Shown: piece by piece, positions 25,358 through 40,466 of the stretch
How positions within the stretch are numbered: position 1 is the stretch's first letter
Layout of the letters: each line of letters begins with the position of its first letter
Assembly (NCBI GenBank): GCA_035084275.1
Contig: CM068742.1
Coordinates: 142,476,001-142,540,000, forward strand
Reading direction: 5' to 3'
Source of the DNA: Hydrolagus colliei
Lineage: Eukaryota
DNA length: 64,000 bases
The notes under the pieces: model-generated
The model's input: only the letters and a program-made list of their open reading frames with translations
Told to the model about the DNA's origin: nothing
Databases searched by the model: none
Made by a program: the position numbers and the translations under genes

Positions 25358-26184
25358 TTACCAGAAGCATAAATTGATTACTCTAACAGAACACAGAAAT
25401 TATACAGGAAAGGAAACCATCATTGTTATTCACCTCCCAGTCCTAAAGAGATTTTTTTTTAAAAAAGTGTAATAGGAATTCTATTGTTTTACAATCACTT
25501 CAGTTCAGTTTTGTGGCTTAACATGAATTTAGATTCACTGTTCTGCTGACTTGTGATGTTCCTTCAGCATAGTTAAGGCAAAGGCACACCACCTTCTTGT
25601 GACTTACCTGGCTACTTAGTTTTCTAGAATTAGCCCCAATTCAATTAGTACATTATTTTCACGAGAAAACAAACTGAATTCCCTCTTTGTTTTTACAGTA
25701 TGTTTCATGGAACCACTTTTACTAAAGCTTTCACCACGCTTTCTCCTTCTTCCCTTTGGGACAATGCACTCTGTAGTCAGTACACTCAAGTGCTCTGAGA
25801 CACTACCCTTCGTGGAGGGTGCTATACGTGTAATTGTTGCTGTTGTTATACTGCATTAGTTCCCAGCATGAAAAAAAGAGGGATCTTTCATCAAGGCCAT
25901 TTATCAGCATGCCTTGAGGTGTGCAGCATTATAGAAAGGAAACAAAGGCACTTGCATTCCCAGACTAAGAACTATCATTTACATAACACAGGATTTAGCA
26001 TCCTATTCTTTGAGACTGCATAAAGCATTGAGGTTGCATGTTCAAGACACATCAAAGGTTTCTAACTAGACGTTCTTGAGGTCAGATTCACATCAGATTT
26101 TCGGTGCCAAATTCTTTTTTTGTTTAATGCAATTCTTCCCCAAATAAAGAAAAGTGAACAAGTGTAACCATTTTGAATACATAC

Positions 26185-26281
26185 CCCATCCTTCTTATCT
26201 CTTTCAAGAGCTCCATGTAAGAACTCCAATGAAACCTCCTCATTTTCATCCAGCCACTGCATTACAAACTGTTCAAACCAT
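26185..26281 (-). CDS. UNC13B: UNC13B exon [32 protein letters not shown]
   Basis: tag/gtatg; 97 nt. Confidence 0.96.
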
Positions 26282-27233
26282 CTATAATCAACCGAGATAC
26301 TGTCAGCATTAATACCCAAGGAGACAGCAGATCAGGTAATCAATCAAGTTGAATTGATGTTACTACTTGGCAACCAAATAAATTGAGCAAAAGCCTAATG
26401 AACACAAACGTTAAACAGTTGGTGTTTTAGTTGACATGGCTTTCTCTGCCCAGAATAATGATGAAAATAGTGTAGTGTACTTGCATGATATTGCAGGCAT
26501 ATCTTGTTACTAAAGCTCTTTAACAAATTATATATTTTCTGACCAAATCCTAATGTGCAAGCAATCATTGGAACTGCCTGATATTAAAACACATCAAATA
26601 ACCCATCCTTTAATTTGTCTTGTTTTGCTCTTCTTTCCTTCAAAGAAAACCTAAATTCATCTACAATTCATGCAGCATATAAATGGAACTAAATTGCATG
26701 ATTTAATAAAGAAATGATCTCAAAATAATTGGAAAAGAGGTAATTTAATAAACGGGTCACCATTTCAGGATTTTCTTTGACAATGTTTTCACCTATCATC
26801 AAACATTGCAGGAATATAGAAACAGGAGTAGGCCATTTAGCCCCTCAAGCCTGTTCCACCATTCTATTAGACCATGGCTGATCTGCACCTCATCTCCAAA
26901 TGTGGGCCAATCAGCTCTGCACTTTCTTTCCGGGGCTTATAATAATAATAATATTAATAATATTACAATACTTGCATTTGATATAGTGCTTTTCATGTCT
27001 TCTAGACGTCTTTTATATACAGTGTATGCTTTAACATACCACAGTCAAGCGGAAAATAATCAGAATTTTTTCCGTAATGAAGAGTATAATGGAACTTAAT
27101 CTTTTGTTGCTGGCAAACATAATCCACATTTTTTTTCTGCTCCACAGACAGCTCCTTCTATTACAGGGAGCTATTAAATTGACTTCTTAATGAGTTTCTT
27201 CTAGGTGTCATCATTAGTCTTAAGAACACTTAC

Positions 27234-27360
27234 GATGGATATTCAGGCACAGTGCCTTTGATAGCTGGAAGATCTTGGACATATTCATTATAAAGCCATT
27301 TCACTTTGAAGTGTAAATTCATGTAGTCCGCACTTTTACACAGTCTTTGCTTCTCATGCT
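27234..27360 (-). CDS. UNC13B: UNC13B exon [28 protein letters not shown]...PEYPS
   Basis: cag/gtaag; 127 nt. Confidence 0.96.
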
Positions 27361-27689
27361 CTGAGGACAAAGACAAGAAAAGGCCACATTTTAATCAGTA
27401 TATTATCCTCATATCTATTTTCTTTGTATCATATTATTCATTTCCAAAACTAGACAGAATAATTAAATGACAAATTGATTGCCTGAAGGATTAAAATCCA
27501 AGCAAGGCATAAATATAACATTTCATGAAAAGCAACCAAGATTTTATTAATTCTCCATAGAGCATTTATAGACTTGTAAATGAGTTAAAACAATCATCTG
27601 ATTATGAGAACATTTCAAAGATGGATTGTACATTTAATATCAACACTGTGCAATTGGTCAATCTATGTTTAAGTGGAAACAATACAATA

Positions 27690-28410
27690 GAATACAAAAT
27701 TTAATTTGTAAAACGCCGTTCTCTCTCCGCCCTGCTCAGTCCCTAATCCCTGGGATGTCAGGAGGACATCCCAGGGATTAGGGACTGAGCAGGGCGGAGA
27801 GGATTGGGACCTGGGAGGGTGGAGGGCAGAGAGGATAGGATGGTGGCCAAAGGCATAGTCGAAGAGGATGGTCTACAGGTATGCCCTGAAGGAGGTAAGG
27901 GAGGGACCGAGGTGAAGGGAATGTACGATGGAGTTCCAGAGAGTGGGGGCAGAGATGCTGAAGGCCTGATTGCTGATGGTGGGGCAGGTTGGGTGGGGCA
28001 GGTTGGGTGGGGGACATGGAGCAGGCCACAGCCTGCTGAGTGCAGAGAACTTACAGGTTGATAGCAAGTCAGAAAGGAAGAAGGGGGCAAGGCCATCAAG
28101 GGCCTTGAAGGTGAGGATGAGAATTTGGAACTCAAACCTCTGAGGAATCGGGAGCCAATAGAGCCAGATAAGGATGGGTATAATGGGGGTACCAGAACCT
28201 AGTTCAGGAGAGGGCACAAGTTCTGGATGATCTGCAGCTTGTGGAGGGAAGAGTTGGGAAGACCGACAAGCAGGGAGTGGTGGAGTCGGGCAATGTTGCA
28301 TAGGTGAGGGAAGGCAGAGCAGGTCATGGCATGGATGTGGACGGAAAGGACACTTGAGGGTTGAATGGGATGCCTAGGTTCCTGATTGGCTTGGTGAGGT
28401 GAATGTGCAT
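27690..28410 (-). mobile_element. L2 LINE 3' fragment with foldback in the tail
   Basis: WLPIPQRFEFQILILTFKAL motif. Confidence 0.82.
27723..27801. repeat. Perfect 37-bp inverted repeat, 5-nt loop
   Basis: CTCTCCGCCC...GGGATGTC aggag GACATCCC...GGGCGGAGAG. Confidence 0.95.
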
Positions 28411-28442
28411 CTGTGGATGCTGCTGCTGCCCCTGGAGCTCCT

Positions 28443-30467
28443 CCAGCTCCTGGAGACCTACTTACTTACTTACCCCAAAGAGAAGAATAAAAAATTGGCC
28501 ACTAATCCTGTGATCTTGTTATGAAGAGTGCTAAGTATATTTGCCTGCGTTCAAAAATATCAATATTTATAGAATAAATTAATCTTCTTGCTCATTTTAG
28601 TGCATTGCTGAATGTATATCACTCATTGGCTGCTGGATTCACAAATTTCTCTTGACTTGAGATGAAACCAGCAAATCCAAGCTTCCATTGTGTGATGAAT
28701 TATAGCACACACATAACCTTTTTTAAATGCAGAAACCCATAGATGGAGGATAACTATCTTGAGCAGGTAATACTATATCAAGATGAGCTAAATATATCAC
28801 CAGTGATTAAATGATTAACAAGTGTGAGCTGAACATCTGAGAATCTCAGTCTCAATTTAATATCTATGTAAGATGAGCCTGATTTCCTTTGTAAAGTGTC
28901 TGTGGTGCAGAGGCGCTTTCATGCGGGAACCTTCCTTAACAGAGTTAGAGATGGTCCTTATGCAAGACTGCATAATAGTTAATACTTTACATGGATAAAA
29001 TGAATTAATTTTAGGCAGCTCGTTACTATCACGATTATGTATGAGATAAATAATGGACCCAGTAAGTCAAAAGTCAGGATATAGCATACTGTATGAATTA
29101 AATAAATTTAAAGAGTGAAACTGTGACGCATTTCAGATCTACTGAAATATTTTTTAAGTCACGGTCAAGAATCTGCTGCTTGGCCCTTTATTTCCACAAT
29201 TAAACCATAATTGTAGTAGCATTACCCACAAGGTCTTTTCACTCAAATGTACTCATTATACCAATAATGGTACCCAGAACTAATTATATTATATTTGCAA
29301 TGCTGAATGGAAAGCCTTGGTTATTACGGCTAGAATATTTGTATCTTAAACACACATAAATATCCAGTGTTGTACAAATACATATTGAATTGGTTATTTC
29401 TTGTACTGCTACAGAAGAGAAAAGATAATTAGAATAAACTTTTTTGCACAAAAGTCAGCCATTTGGGCCATCATTATTAAACCACACGTTAGGATGGACC
29501 ATTTGAACTTCCGGAATGCAAAGCAGTGCTTGCAATAGGCTAAGTCCTATTTATGCACAACTGTTTAATACTCAGCAAAATAAATATATTTTACGTGAAA
29601 ATGTCTATAAGTTGTATATAGGTACACCTACCAATGTATTGCTTGCAAATTTAACCCCAGTTTTAAACTCAATTTAATATTTTACAAAAACATATCTTTG
29701 CAAAACAGCATGTTGTATCAGTCTCTACAGATTTCGCTGTAGTTTTATACCTCCCATATCAAAACCACTGAGGAGGTATAATTCTAACTTGCACACCCAC
29801 TCATACCCACAGAATTTCCACAACTCTAGAATTTTTCTCTTCAATTCTATCACATTTCCTCTTGTCCCTTAAAGGCTAGACCATCATGAAAGAGAACATA
29901 AATAATGTCTCCACTGCTACAAGTAAATCACAAGAGCAAAGGGTAGCCAGGAAAAGGGTGGATAACTTGGAAGGATGAAATGAGATGCGCCAAACAAATC
30001 TAATCTTGTGAACCAGTTCAGCTCCTGCAGACCTACTTACTTACTTCCCCCAAAGAAGACAATCACAAATTGGCCACTAATCTTGTGATCTTGTTATGAA
30101 GAGTGCTAAGTATATTTGCCTGCGTTCAAAAATATCAATATTTATGGAATAAATTTATCTTCTTGCTCATTTTAATGCGTTGCTGAATATATATCACTCA
30201 TTGGCTGCTGGATTCACAAATTTCTCTTGTCTTGAGATGAAGCCAGCAAATCCAAGCTTCCATTGTGCGATAAATTATAGCACACACATAACACATAATT
30301 TTTTTTATATGCAGAAACCTGTAGATGGAGGATAACTATCTTGAGCAGGCAATACTATATCTAGATGCCATAAATATATCACCAGTGATTAAATGATTAA
30401 CAAGTGTGAACTGAACATCTGAGAATCTCAGTCTCAATTTAATTTAATATCTATGCAAGATGAGCCC
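28443..30467 (+). repeat. Local direct duplication of ~440 bp (28443-28880 and 30018-30467)
   Basis: Long shared runs such as GTGATCTTGTTATGAAGAGTGCTAAGTATATTTGCCTGCGTTCAAAAATATCAATATTTAT. Confidence 0.9.
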
Positions 30468-32484
30468 GGTCTTTTGTAATTAGGCAATCACAGTGCGGAT
30501 GTTAAACAAGACATCACCTAGAAACTAGAATCATAAATCTGAGGCAAGTTTCATTGTCTAAACACATGATCCTTTTGTTTTAAATTATTAATCTTTCCTC
30601 AAAATGTCAATATGAAGCAACATTTAAGATGGCAAATAAGAAAACAAATCGGTGACTCTTTCTCAAACAGTCAACTCATCTAACCCAATCGGTATTGATA
30701 ATTATTCAGTGCATTGGCTTCTCAATAATTAAATCCATAGATGAATACTTCGATAAGCATAGCCAGAGTTTGGGGTTTCAACTGTTATCCAAAAAATACT
30801 CAATCAATATACTTCACAATAAATCCTTTGAAACGTTATCCTAATGAGAAAGGAGCAATATAAAATGTAAGGATGATAGTATCTTACACTGTTTACTTGC
30901 AATATACAGAACATCCTCTTGCGGTAAAGATAGGTTTAGAAATGGGGGTTGGTGGCTACTTAGGAAAGAAAACAATCTCAAAGCTCGTAGCTCAACACTG
31001 ATTCACACGAGTGGGGAAAGGGGATCAATTTACTGAGAAAAAGACAGTATAAACCAATGAAGCGCTCTGCTTTTAAACCAAGATTGTTTAGAATAGGAAG
31101 CTGATGTTTTTCCTCAGGTGGGTATCTGATACATGCAGAACCCAGCACCATGCTTAAGATAAATCAGACTGAGTTCCACTTATGTATGCCACCTATACAT
31201 GACAAGTTCCCTATGACACTAATGAAATGTATATTCTCTCCCTGAAGGGATGCACCATACTTAACAAAATCTGGAATGTATTAGATGCAGGATAGCAAGA
31301 GCTAAGACTCGTTGGCCCATGATTGTGTATTTGTGTAATGTTTGAATTTAACCAGCTGAAACCACTTAGCTTGCCATTAAGACACTGCATGGCATGTTTC
31401 CCACTGACCACCCAACCATTAGGGTTATTGCTTGCTGGGTAAACAGGAGCTGAGTGGGAAAAATCCTGCAATCAACAGCAACTTGTATTTATTTAGCTCA
31501 GCTCCTGAGGCCTCCCCTTCCTCACCTCAAAGAGGATAGGCACTTTGGGATAGATTATCAAGTCTTAAATCCCTCTCTGTCTGTACAATCAATATGACAT
31601 TGGACTGAATGAAAAACAATAGTGCACAGCAATAGAAATATTCCACAATGTTACCTTGCTCACCATGGCCACAGTTGAAAATAGATGGAAGCATTTACCT
31701 GGACTTCACATTTCAATAACTGAAGTAAACTGAATTGTTTTTTAATTACTTGAAGTGCATTAAAAGACAGTAAATTACAAGCAGAACACTTCTACTCTCT
31801 GCAGCAACATATTACTAATTGCTATGAAAGTGGAAGTCATCCAGTTAAGCAGGGAAGTCACAGATGATGTTTAGTTTCCTAACTAAAGGAGATTACTGTA
31901 TAACTATAGCATTCTGGGTTCCTAGTTTTCTTGTGCACTTTTGCAGCTAAATCAATTCTATAGATCTATTTCGAAAGGTAGGAGCTATGAAAGAAAAAAG
32001 ATAATGTGGAAGAAAGTATATATCTTACCACCGTAGAAGAGCACTTTGCGAATACGAAACACAGTTGGGGCTTAAAGAATGAACAGGCACAAATGCAGGG
32101 AACAAAAGATGAAACATGGTAAAATGTAAAGATAAATTAAATGAAGTGAGAAAGGCAAGCACAAGTAACGATAAATAGCAATGAATAGAAAATGTCAATA
32201 AAGCAGATAGGAATTGTAACTTGCCGTAGAATTATTTGTACTATACTGGGCTTAATCCTTTGCACTCAAGATGACTTTTTTCTCTAACAAAAGAGAGGAT
32301 TTCAAATACAAATGCTTGGAACAAAGGGTGATGACAAATCATTATTCTCCATTCTGGTTGTTAACATTTTCTAGACATTTCTTGGATATGGCTTCAGAAG
32401 ATTAAAGGTAATCTTTAAATTTCTCTCATCCTAAAGGGAAATAAATCATCTAGACTCTGATAATATATACAATACCATGATAAA

Positions 32485-33520
32485 CAACAACAAAAACAAA
32501 ATGTAACAAATTACATTTGTAAAGAGCCATTTTTCAGGAGCGCTGAACAGTCAGGGACCAGGACCAGAGCATGGGGTGGGTGAGGGGGGGGGCAGGGTTG
32601 AGATGAGAGCGGTATTAGGGCAGCTGAAGGAACAGTGAAAAAGGAGGATCTTGAGTTGTGCCTTGAAGGAGGCAAGAGAGGAAGCAAGTCAAAGGGATTG
32701 TGGGATAGAGTTCCAAAGGGTGGGGGCAGAGAGGCTGAAAGCCTAGCCGCCGATGATAGGGTCAGGTAGGAGACATGGAGCAGCCCGGAGCCTGCTGAAC
32801 GGAGGAAGCGGACAGATTGATAGCGGGTCAGAGAGTTAGGAGGGGGCCTTGTAAGTGAGGGCGAAGATTTTAAATTCTATCCTCTGAGGGATGGGGCCGG
32901 GCGGAACTAATGGGATTAAAGAGCCTGGTGTTGGAGAGGACATGAGCTGCAGAGTTCTGAATGATCTGCAGCTTGTGGAGGGAAGAGTTGGGGAGGCCAA
33001 CAAAGGGGGAGTTTCGGTAGTCAAATCTTGTGGTGATGAATGCAAATATGAGGGTTTTGGCGGCCTGAGGGATGAGTCAATGGCAGGGTAGGACAATGTT
33101 GCAGAGAGGAGGAAGGCAGAGCAAGTCATAGTATGGATATGGGGGAGAAAGGACAGTTGAGGGTAAAACAAAATGCCTCGGTTCCTGATTGGCTTGCTGA
33201 GGTGGAGTGTGCATCCATGGATGCTGATGCTGTCAGTGGTTGACGTGTGGAGGAGCCGGCACAAGCCAATCAGGAGGACCTTAGACTCGCTGACATTCAA
33301 CTGCAGAAAGTTGTCTCTCATCCAGGACTTGATGTCTGACAAACAGTCTGTCAGGATGTCAGTGGTCCTGGAATTGAGAGTGGAGGCAGTGAGATAGAGT
33401 TGGGTGTCATCTGCATATATATGGAAATTTACCAAATGTCTGTGGATGATGTTACCATGGGGAAGCCTGTAGAAGTTGAAGAGGAGGGACAGATGACAGA
33501 GCCCTGAGGAACAACACACG
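32485..33520 (-). mobile_element. L2 LINE 3' fragment with RT motif
   Basis: ORF 32836-33576 contains HIYADDTQLYL and DIKSWMRDNFLQLN; L2 tail near 32500. Confidence 0.88.
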
Positions 33521-33656
33521 CCACTTTGCTGGGACAAATTGGCGATGGTTTGTGTCATCAATGGAGTAATTTTCATTGATTGAAAAAAAATTGAAAAAAC
33601 CTTGGGAAAGTTTCCTTACTCCACATGCCTGAAAATAAACCTTCAAGAAAAACCCA

Positions 33657-33830
33657 ATGGTAAATTGGTCATTTCAATCCACGACTGTTCGTGGGACACT
33701 GCTGTGTGCAATTGGCTGCCGCGTTTCGTCCACAAATATACAGTCTATTAACTTTGCAGTACATTCTGTGAAGTACTTTGAGATGTCTAGAAGATGTGAA
33801 AAGCAATGTCCCAAATGCAAGGATTATTAT
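33657..33830 (+). mobile_element. 5'-truncated SINE, same family
   Basis: Core plus tail. Confidence 0.8.
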
Positions 33831-34017
33831 AGCAATGTCCTCAAACCCAGATTATTATAGCAATGTCCTCAAACCCAGATTATTATAGCAATGTCCTCAA
33901 ACCCAGATTATTATAGCAATGTCCTCAAACCCAGATTATTATAGCAATGTCCTCAAACCCAGATTATTATAGCAATGTCCTCAAACCCAGATTATTATAG
34001 CAATGTCCTCAAACCCA
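33822..34017 (+). repeat. Minisatellite, 7 perfect copies of 28-bp GATTATTATAGCAATGTCCTCAAACCCA
   Basis: Directly visible 28-bp period. Confidence 0.95.
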
Positions 34018-35683
34018 GAAGAAGCCAGATGAATCGACAATTTTGATTTAACTACTTCTTCCAGTGGATACATCAGTGAAAAGGATTGCCCAAGAGACAG
34101 CGGAGGCAGATTGTATTACCAATTACAAAAGGGAATAGATGTGTCCATACTGATGGCAGAGAATTTGTGGGGAGAAAGAAATAGCGAAGAACAACAACAA
34201 CAAAATTACATTTATAGAACGCCTTTCACATCGGTAGGATGTCCCAAATGGTAATGATGTTTTACAAACATGTACACTCCTGTGTTTTTAAGCTATGTCA
34301 TGTCTAGAAATGCTGTCCAAAGCAAATCGTCGGGTTTTATTCTTGCAGTTTTTAATACCTGTTACAAATACACAGTTGGTCCTACTTTACAATATATCCT
34401 GTGAAGGGCATTGAGATTTCTCATTGGTGTGATAAGGCACTATATAAAAGCAAGAATGATTAATATTCAGTGAGCAATATAATGCAATTTTTTATCCCAA
34501 AAATCAAACCACACTCAATGGCAAAGTGATCATTTTTCAAAATGGCTAAAGTGTTAATGTTAAATGGAACTGAATTCAGTTATGACAGACTACAATGAGA
34601 ACAGGTGGCTTTCGTACAGGATAATATCTTTTGACATTTACAGAATAACCGCCTATCAAATACAATTAAAATTCTTTACATCTGTCAGAATCATAATTGA
34701 AATCAACAAACCAAAAGATTTCTAAACTGAAACTCTCTCTCTGGAGGCGAGGCATTTAAGGGGCTTTGAAAATTATGAAAAGTTTAATAAGGTGGACATA
34801 CATATGCTGTTTCCACTTGTTGGTGTGTCTACAACAAGCGGGATTAAATCTAAAATAGCCAGTAGAAATCCTAAAAGAGATTAGGAGGAACTTTTTTTTT
34901 CACAAAGGATGGAAAGAATTGAGAACTCACTGAGAGAACTTGTGATTGAAGGAGAATGCATTCATCTATTTAAGAGGAAACTCAATGTATACACAAGGGA
35001 GAAGAGATTCCTCTGGAGTATAAACACAGGTTTAGCCTATGTTGGGCTAAATAGTCTGTTTTTTATGTTGTAGAGTCTCTGTAATTCCATTTAAGTCGCA
35101 GCCAAGATGTTACAAGCTGGAGAACTGCAAAAAAGAAAAACTAATGGGGCATAACCTAAAGGTAGCCTTTGGCTTCAAGGTCCAGAGACATTTGATAACT
35201 ACTATTCTCCTCTTCTATGCAACAGCTAACACCAGATATATATTTAATTAAATGAAACTCTGCTTTAGCAGATGTGTGGGGCGGAGGGGAGGTTAAGAAG
35301 ACTCGATTCATTTGCCATATTTGCCAACTAGAACTTGCAATTCATCATGAATTACAATTTCTGGTTTGCAAAACTTCGGGCTCACGAATCCCAAACTAAA
35401 ATCCATACAATGATGGAGAAGAAACAGTCAAGGGATTCACAATTTGTGCACCATGAATCTCACAAACTGGATTACATAACAAACTCAACATATTCAGTTT
35501 GTGAATAACACAAATTAGCCCCCACCCAGGATACTACAGATAGACAGAATTCAAGAATCTTTCAAAGTATCATTGTTATTTCACACTTCAGCCAGGTGTG
35601 CTCAGTGACTAGGTGCTGGACTGACAGAATCATTCACCTATTTTTTTTTAAAAGCAACATTTATTCCATGTTCAAATTGTTTA

Positions 35684-36650
<967 letters not shown>

Positions 36651-37359
36651 AGCGCCTGATGCATGATGCACAATAACTCTTACTGTCAAATCTTTTAACA
36701 GTTGTTTAAAGTAAAGAAACGCAAGACTGACAAAATCAATCTAGATTTCAGCCTTGTCGCCATCTCATCTTTGAATGGAAAAGTTGTGGATTTAAACCCA
36801 TATTTGGGGTTTCAGTTTAAGAGTCCAGTCTGACACTTCAGCACAGCACCAGGGGAAAGCATTGTCAGGGTTACCATCTTTTGGATGAAACATTAAGCAA
36901 AGGTCCTGTCTACCTCTTTAGGTGAATGTTACTGACAGTATTCAATACTGAGAATAGAATAATAACAATCTAGATAAATTGTCAATTCACTTCATGTCTG
37001 TTTGTGGCACCTTCCTGTGGCAATATTGCCGACAGAAACACAGTTCTATTATGGATAATGTATTTATCAACTGACCCAATAGTATCACATGTAATCCAAG
37101 CAAAGTTCTCCTCAGACATTTTTATGTGCTTTTGATAGATCCCGAAAATATGAAACGGCACTGCAATAGATTTATAGCTGGGATTTATTGATGTGGCTGT
37201 TGCTAAAATAAGACACATTTCTATTATACCAGCAAATATTTCACCGGTGGAGGTTGAAAATGTGGTTCCCTTGGTATCTGGTACCTTGATGCCCAGCATT
37301 AACCTATGTGTCTATGAAATCCCACCGCAAAGAAATAATGAAACTGAATTTCTACTCAC

Positions 37360-37493
37360 TGGTTAAGGACTGGAGTATAAGAATTCTTATCTTCTTCAAT
37401 AATGGAGACAATAAGTGTGATAAGTTTCGGCCAGAAATCCAAATTCTTGATGCTGGGGCCTTGCTCCTCTGGAGGCAGATCTTGCTTCTTGTT
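37360..37493 (-). CDS. UNC13B: UNC13B exon [25 protein letters not shown]...PVLNQ
   Basis: cag/gtgag; 134 nt. Confidence 0.96.
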
Positions 37494-38084
37494 CTGTGAA
37501 GCAAAAGATAAACACAAAATGATGCAAAAAAAGGCAATAAAAAAAACACAACTTAAGATAGAGAATAGAAGAAAAACATTTTCATCTAATGTTTTCAGTG
37601 CGGAATATATTCAAATACTCAAGGGAATATAAAGTAATATTATTATTAATAAAGTGAAGTGCTGGTGCACCATAAAACACACAGGCTGCTCTACTGAACT
37701 CCTTGCTAATGACAATCCTTTGCTTATCATTCATAGTCAGGGTAAAAGAATGAGGGTACTGAATCTAAATAATACAAATGAATGCCTTAGATAGGTGATA
37801 TCAGTTCTAAAACATTAACTTAACATTTTTAAACTGAAAATACAGCCAATGCAGAAATGTGAACTTAATTATTAACATGTGCAAATTGAAATGATTTACC
37901 CCGATCTGCTCACTCAGATTTTTTTCTATCATCAGTAAATTCAATTGTAATAAACAGATTTAAAAAAACACTTTACAATTTCTTGTACAATTTCAGCAAA
38001 AGAGGAATTTTATCGTTCAGCAAAATCAGATGCACAGAGACTACAGGAATTTCTACAAGTTTACTTTGAATACTAGACAATTCA

Positions 38085-38282
<198 letters not shown>

Positions 38283-38516
38283 CTAAACAGATATGAAACA
38301 CATGATGTGTACAAAGATTATTTTTCTTTGTTCCATACTGAGAATTAATATTTGCACAAGATTTAAGAAAGCACATAAAGAAGAGCAAATACAAGATACT
38401 GGTATTCCACATGATCAACTTAACATGCTTTTAAAAAAAAAACTAAAGTCTAGTCAATTGAATAGCAAACAGCAATAGCAAGGTTAGACCTGTAAGCCAT
38501 GTTCTTGAAGGTACTA

Positions 38517-39100
38517 CAGTAAAAGCTTGTTTATCCGTGACCCAATCAACCGTAACTTCCGTATAACCGGCACCTCAAAAAAAGGTCCCCATTCGATTAA
38601 CTGGATCTTATCCGGCACAATCGCTGTGACACATTTTTTCCCTCTCATATCAGTATTTCGGAATGCCGCTACAAGTACCTGAAGGTGGCGCTGGCATTTT
38701 TTTTCCCTTACATACAGTACGATTACTTCTGAATGCTGCCAGTAGTGCACTTCCAGGGTTTGAGAGAGAGGCAGGGAGAGCGAGAGGAGTGGGGGGGTGG
38801 GGGGAGGTGGGGGAGAGAAAGGGATAGAGGGGGGGAGAAAGAGAGAGGAGTGGAGGAGGAGAGAGAGGTGGGGAAGAGAGAGAGGGGGTGAGTTGATTAA
38901 TTCAGATGGAAAATGAGGAGTGGAGGGGGTTTGGAGCCATTGAGATGCCAGACTGACTGAGTGTGTGAAAGAGAGAGAGAAAGAAAGGAAAAAACTAGTT
39001 CCCCTTTGATTGCGTGCTGTGTTTATAGACTGTAAACAATATTTATTGCTTTATTGGTAAGTATCCATACAATATTCTGTTATTATTTAGTCTATTATTG
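38517..39100 (+). mobile_element. Second copy of the Tigger-like element, lacking its own right end
   Basis: Colinear with 55913-56510; starts TA|CAGTAAAAGCTTGTTTATCCG. Confidence 0.82.
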
Positions 39101-39457
39101 CTGTTGTGGTACGGCTTCAACATTAAAGGAACAATTGTCCTTTACCATTTCAAACAAAAATGTAGTTTTTCTCCTGGTTCATCCTCATTCAAATTCACCC
39201 CAAAAAACAAAACGTAAGGCTACTTATCTCATTCTTTGGAGGACAGTGATTGGGAAAATTAGCTGCCACATTTGCTTCTACAATAGTCAGTTAATTACAA
39301 ATCAATTAAAAAATTAGGGTTTGTTCTTCTTCTGTAAAGTGCTTCAAGAAATGTGTCTTTTGTGAAAGGCATTATACAAATGTAACTTGTTCCGAAACCG
39401 AAGATGCACTCAAAAACACCATCTGCGCTTTCCTCTATAGAGAAACATTGTGATTTG

Positions 39458-39490
<33 letters not shown>

Positions 39491-39498
39491 CACACACA

Positions 39499-39710
39499 CA
39501 ATAAAAGCCAGATTATCCGGCACCCTCGGGACCTGGCCAATGTCGGTTAAAGCGCCTGCCGGATATTCGGCCGAAAACGCAAAAAATATATATATTTTGC
39601 AATACATTTTTCCGGATAAATTCCGGTTAAGCGAATGCGGACCTTTTTTAGTGATGCCAGTTATACGGAAGTTACGGTTGACCGGGTGCCGGATAAACAG
39701 GCTTTTACTG
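39499..39710 (-). mobile_element. ~210-bp MITE of the same family, inverted, inserted in (TA)n/(CA)n
   Basis: Both termini of the 55913 element joined in reverse orientation; ends GCTTTTACTG|TA. Confidence 0.78.
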
Positions 39711-40313
39711 TATATATTTTATATGTATATATATATATATATATATTCATAGTATATATAAAGTGTTAGGCAGACACAGACCACGAGGTGGCTGGAAACC
39801 TCTCCAGGTATTTTCTTATTTTCTATCTCTCCGCACCTGGCATTTTTATAGATTTTTATTTTGTAAATTGTCCGCATTGCACTGGATTCTGTGTTCTTTT
39901 TTGTTTAATAATTATTTCCTAAAGTTGATCCTGCTAGTTCCTCATGTCCTCCCTTCCACCATCACTGGCCGTGCTTTCAACCACTGTGTCCCAAGACTCT
40001 GTCTCAATCCCCCCACCTTGCCTCATCCTTCCCCATCTTCAGGTTGTGCCTGAAGACCTTCCTCTTTGATTGTGATTATTGTCACCTCCATCTGGCTTGG
40101 CCTCATGCTCTGCCACTGTCAAGCACTCTGATATACTACCCTTCATGAGGGGCGCGATGTAAATGAAAGTTGTTGTTAGAGAGGAGAGTCAAAGTTCTTG
40201 TTCTCCACAGTAACTTGTACCAATCAAAAGGATAAGGTCTGAATCTGGTCTCTAAATGCTTTTGTGAACAGAATTAAAATATTATTCCAATATAAACATA
40301 AATAACAGCATTA

Positions 40314-40466
<153 letters not shown>

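Noticed and set aside
32836-33576. 246-aa ORF as a host gene (also 36054-36689)
   Set aside because: Frameshifted L2 reverse-transcriptase remnants
33822-34017. CRISPR-like 28-bp array
   Set aside because: No spacers; head-to-tail repeat in a vertebrate intron
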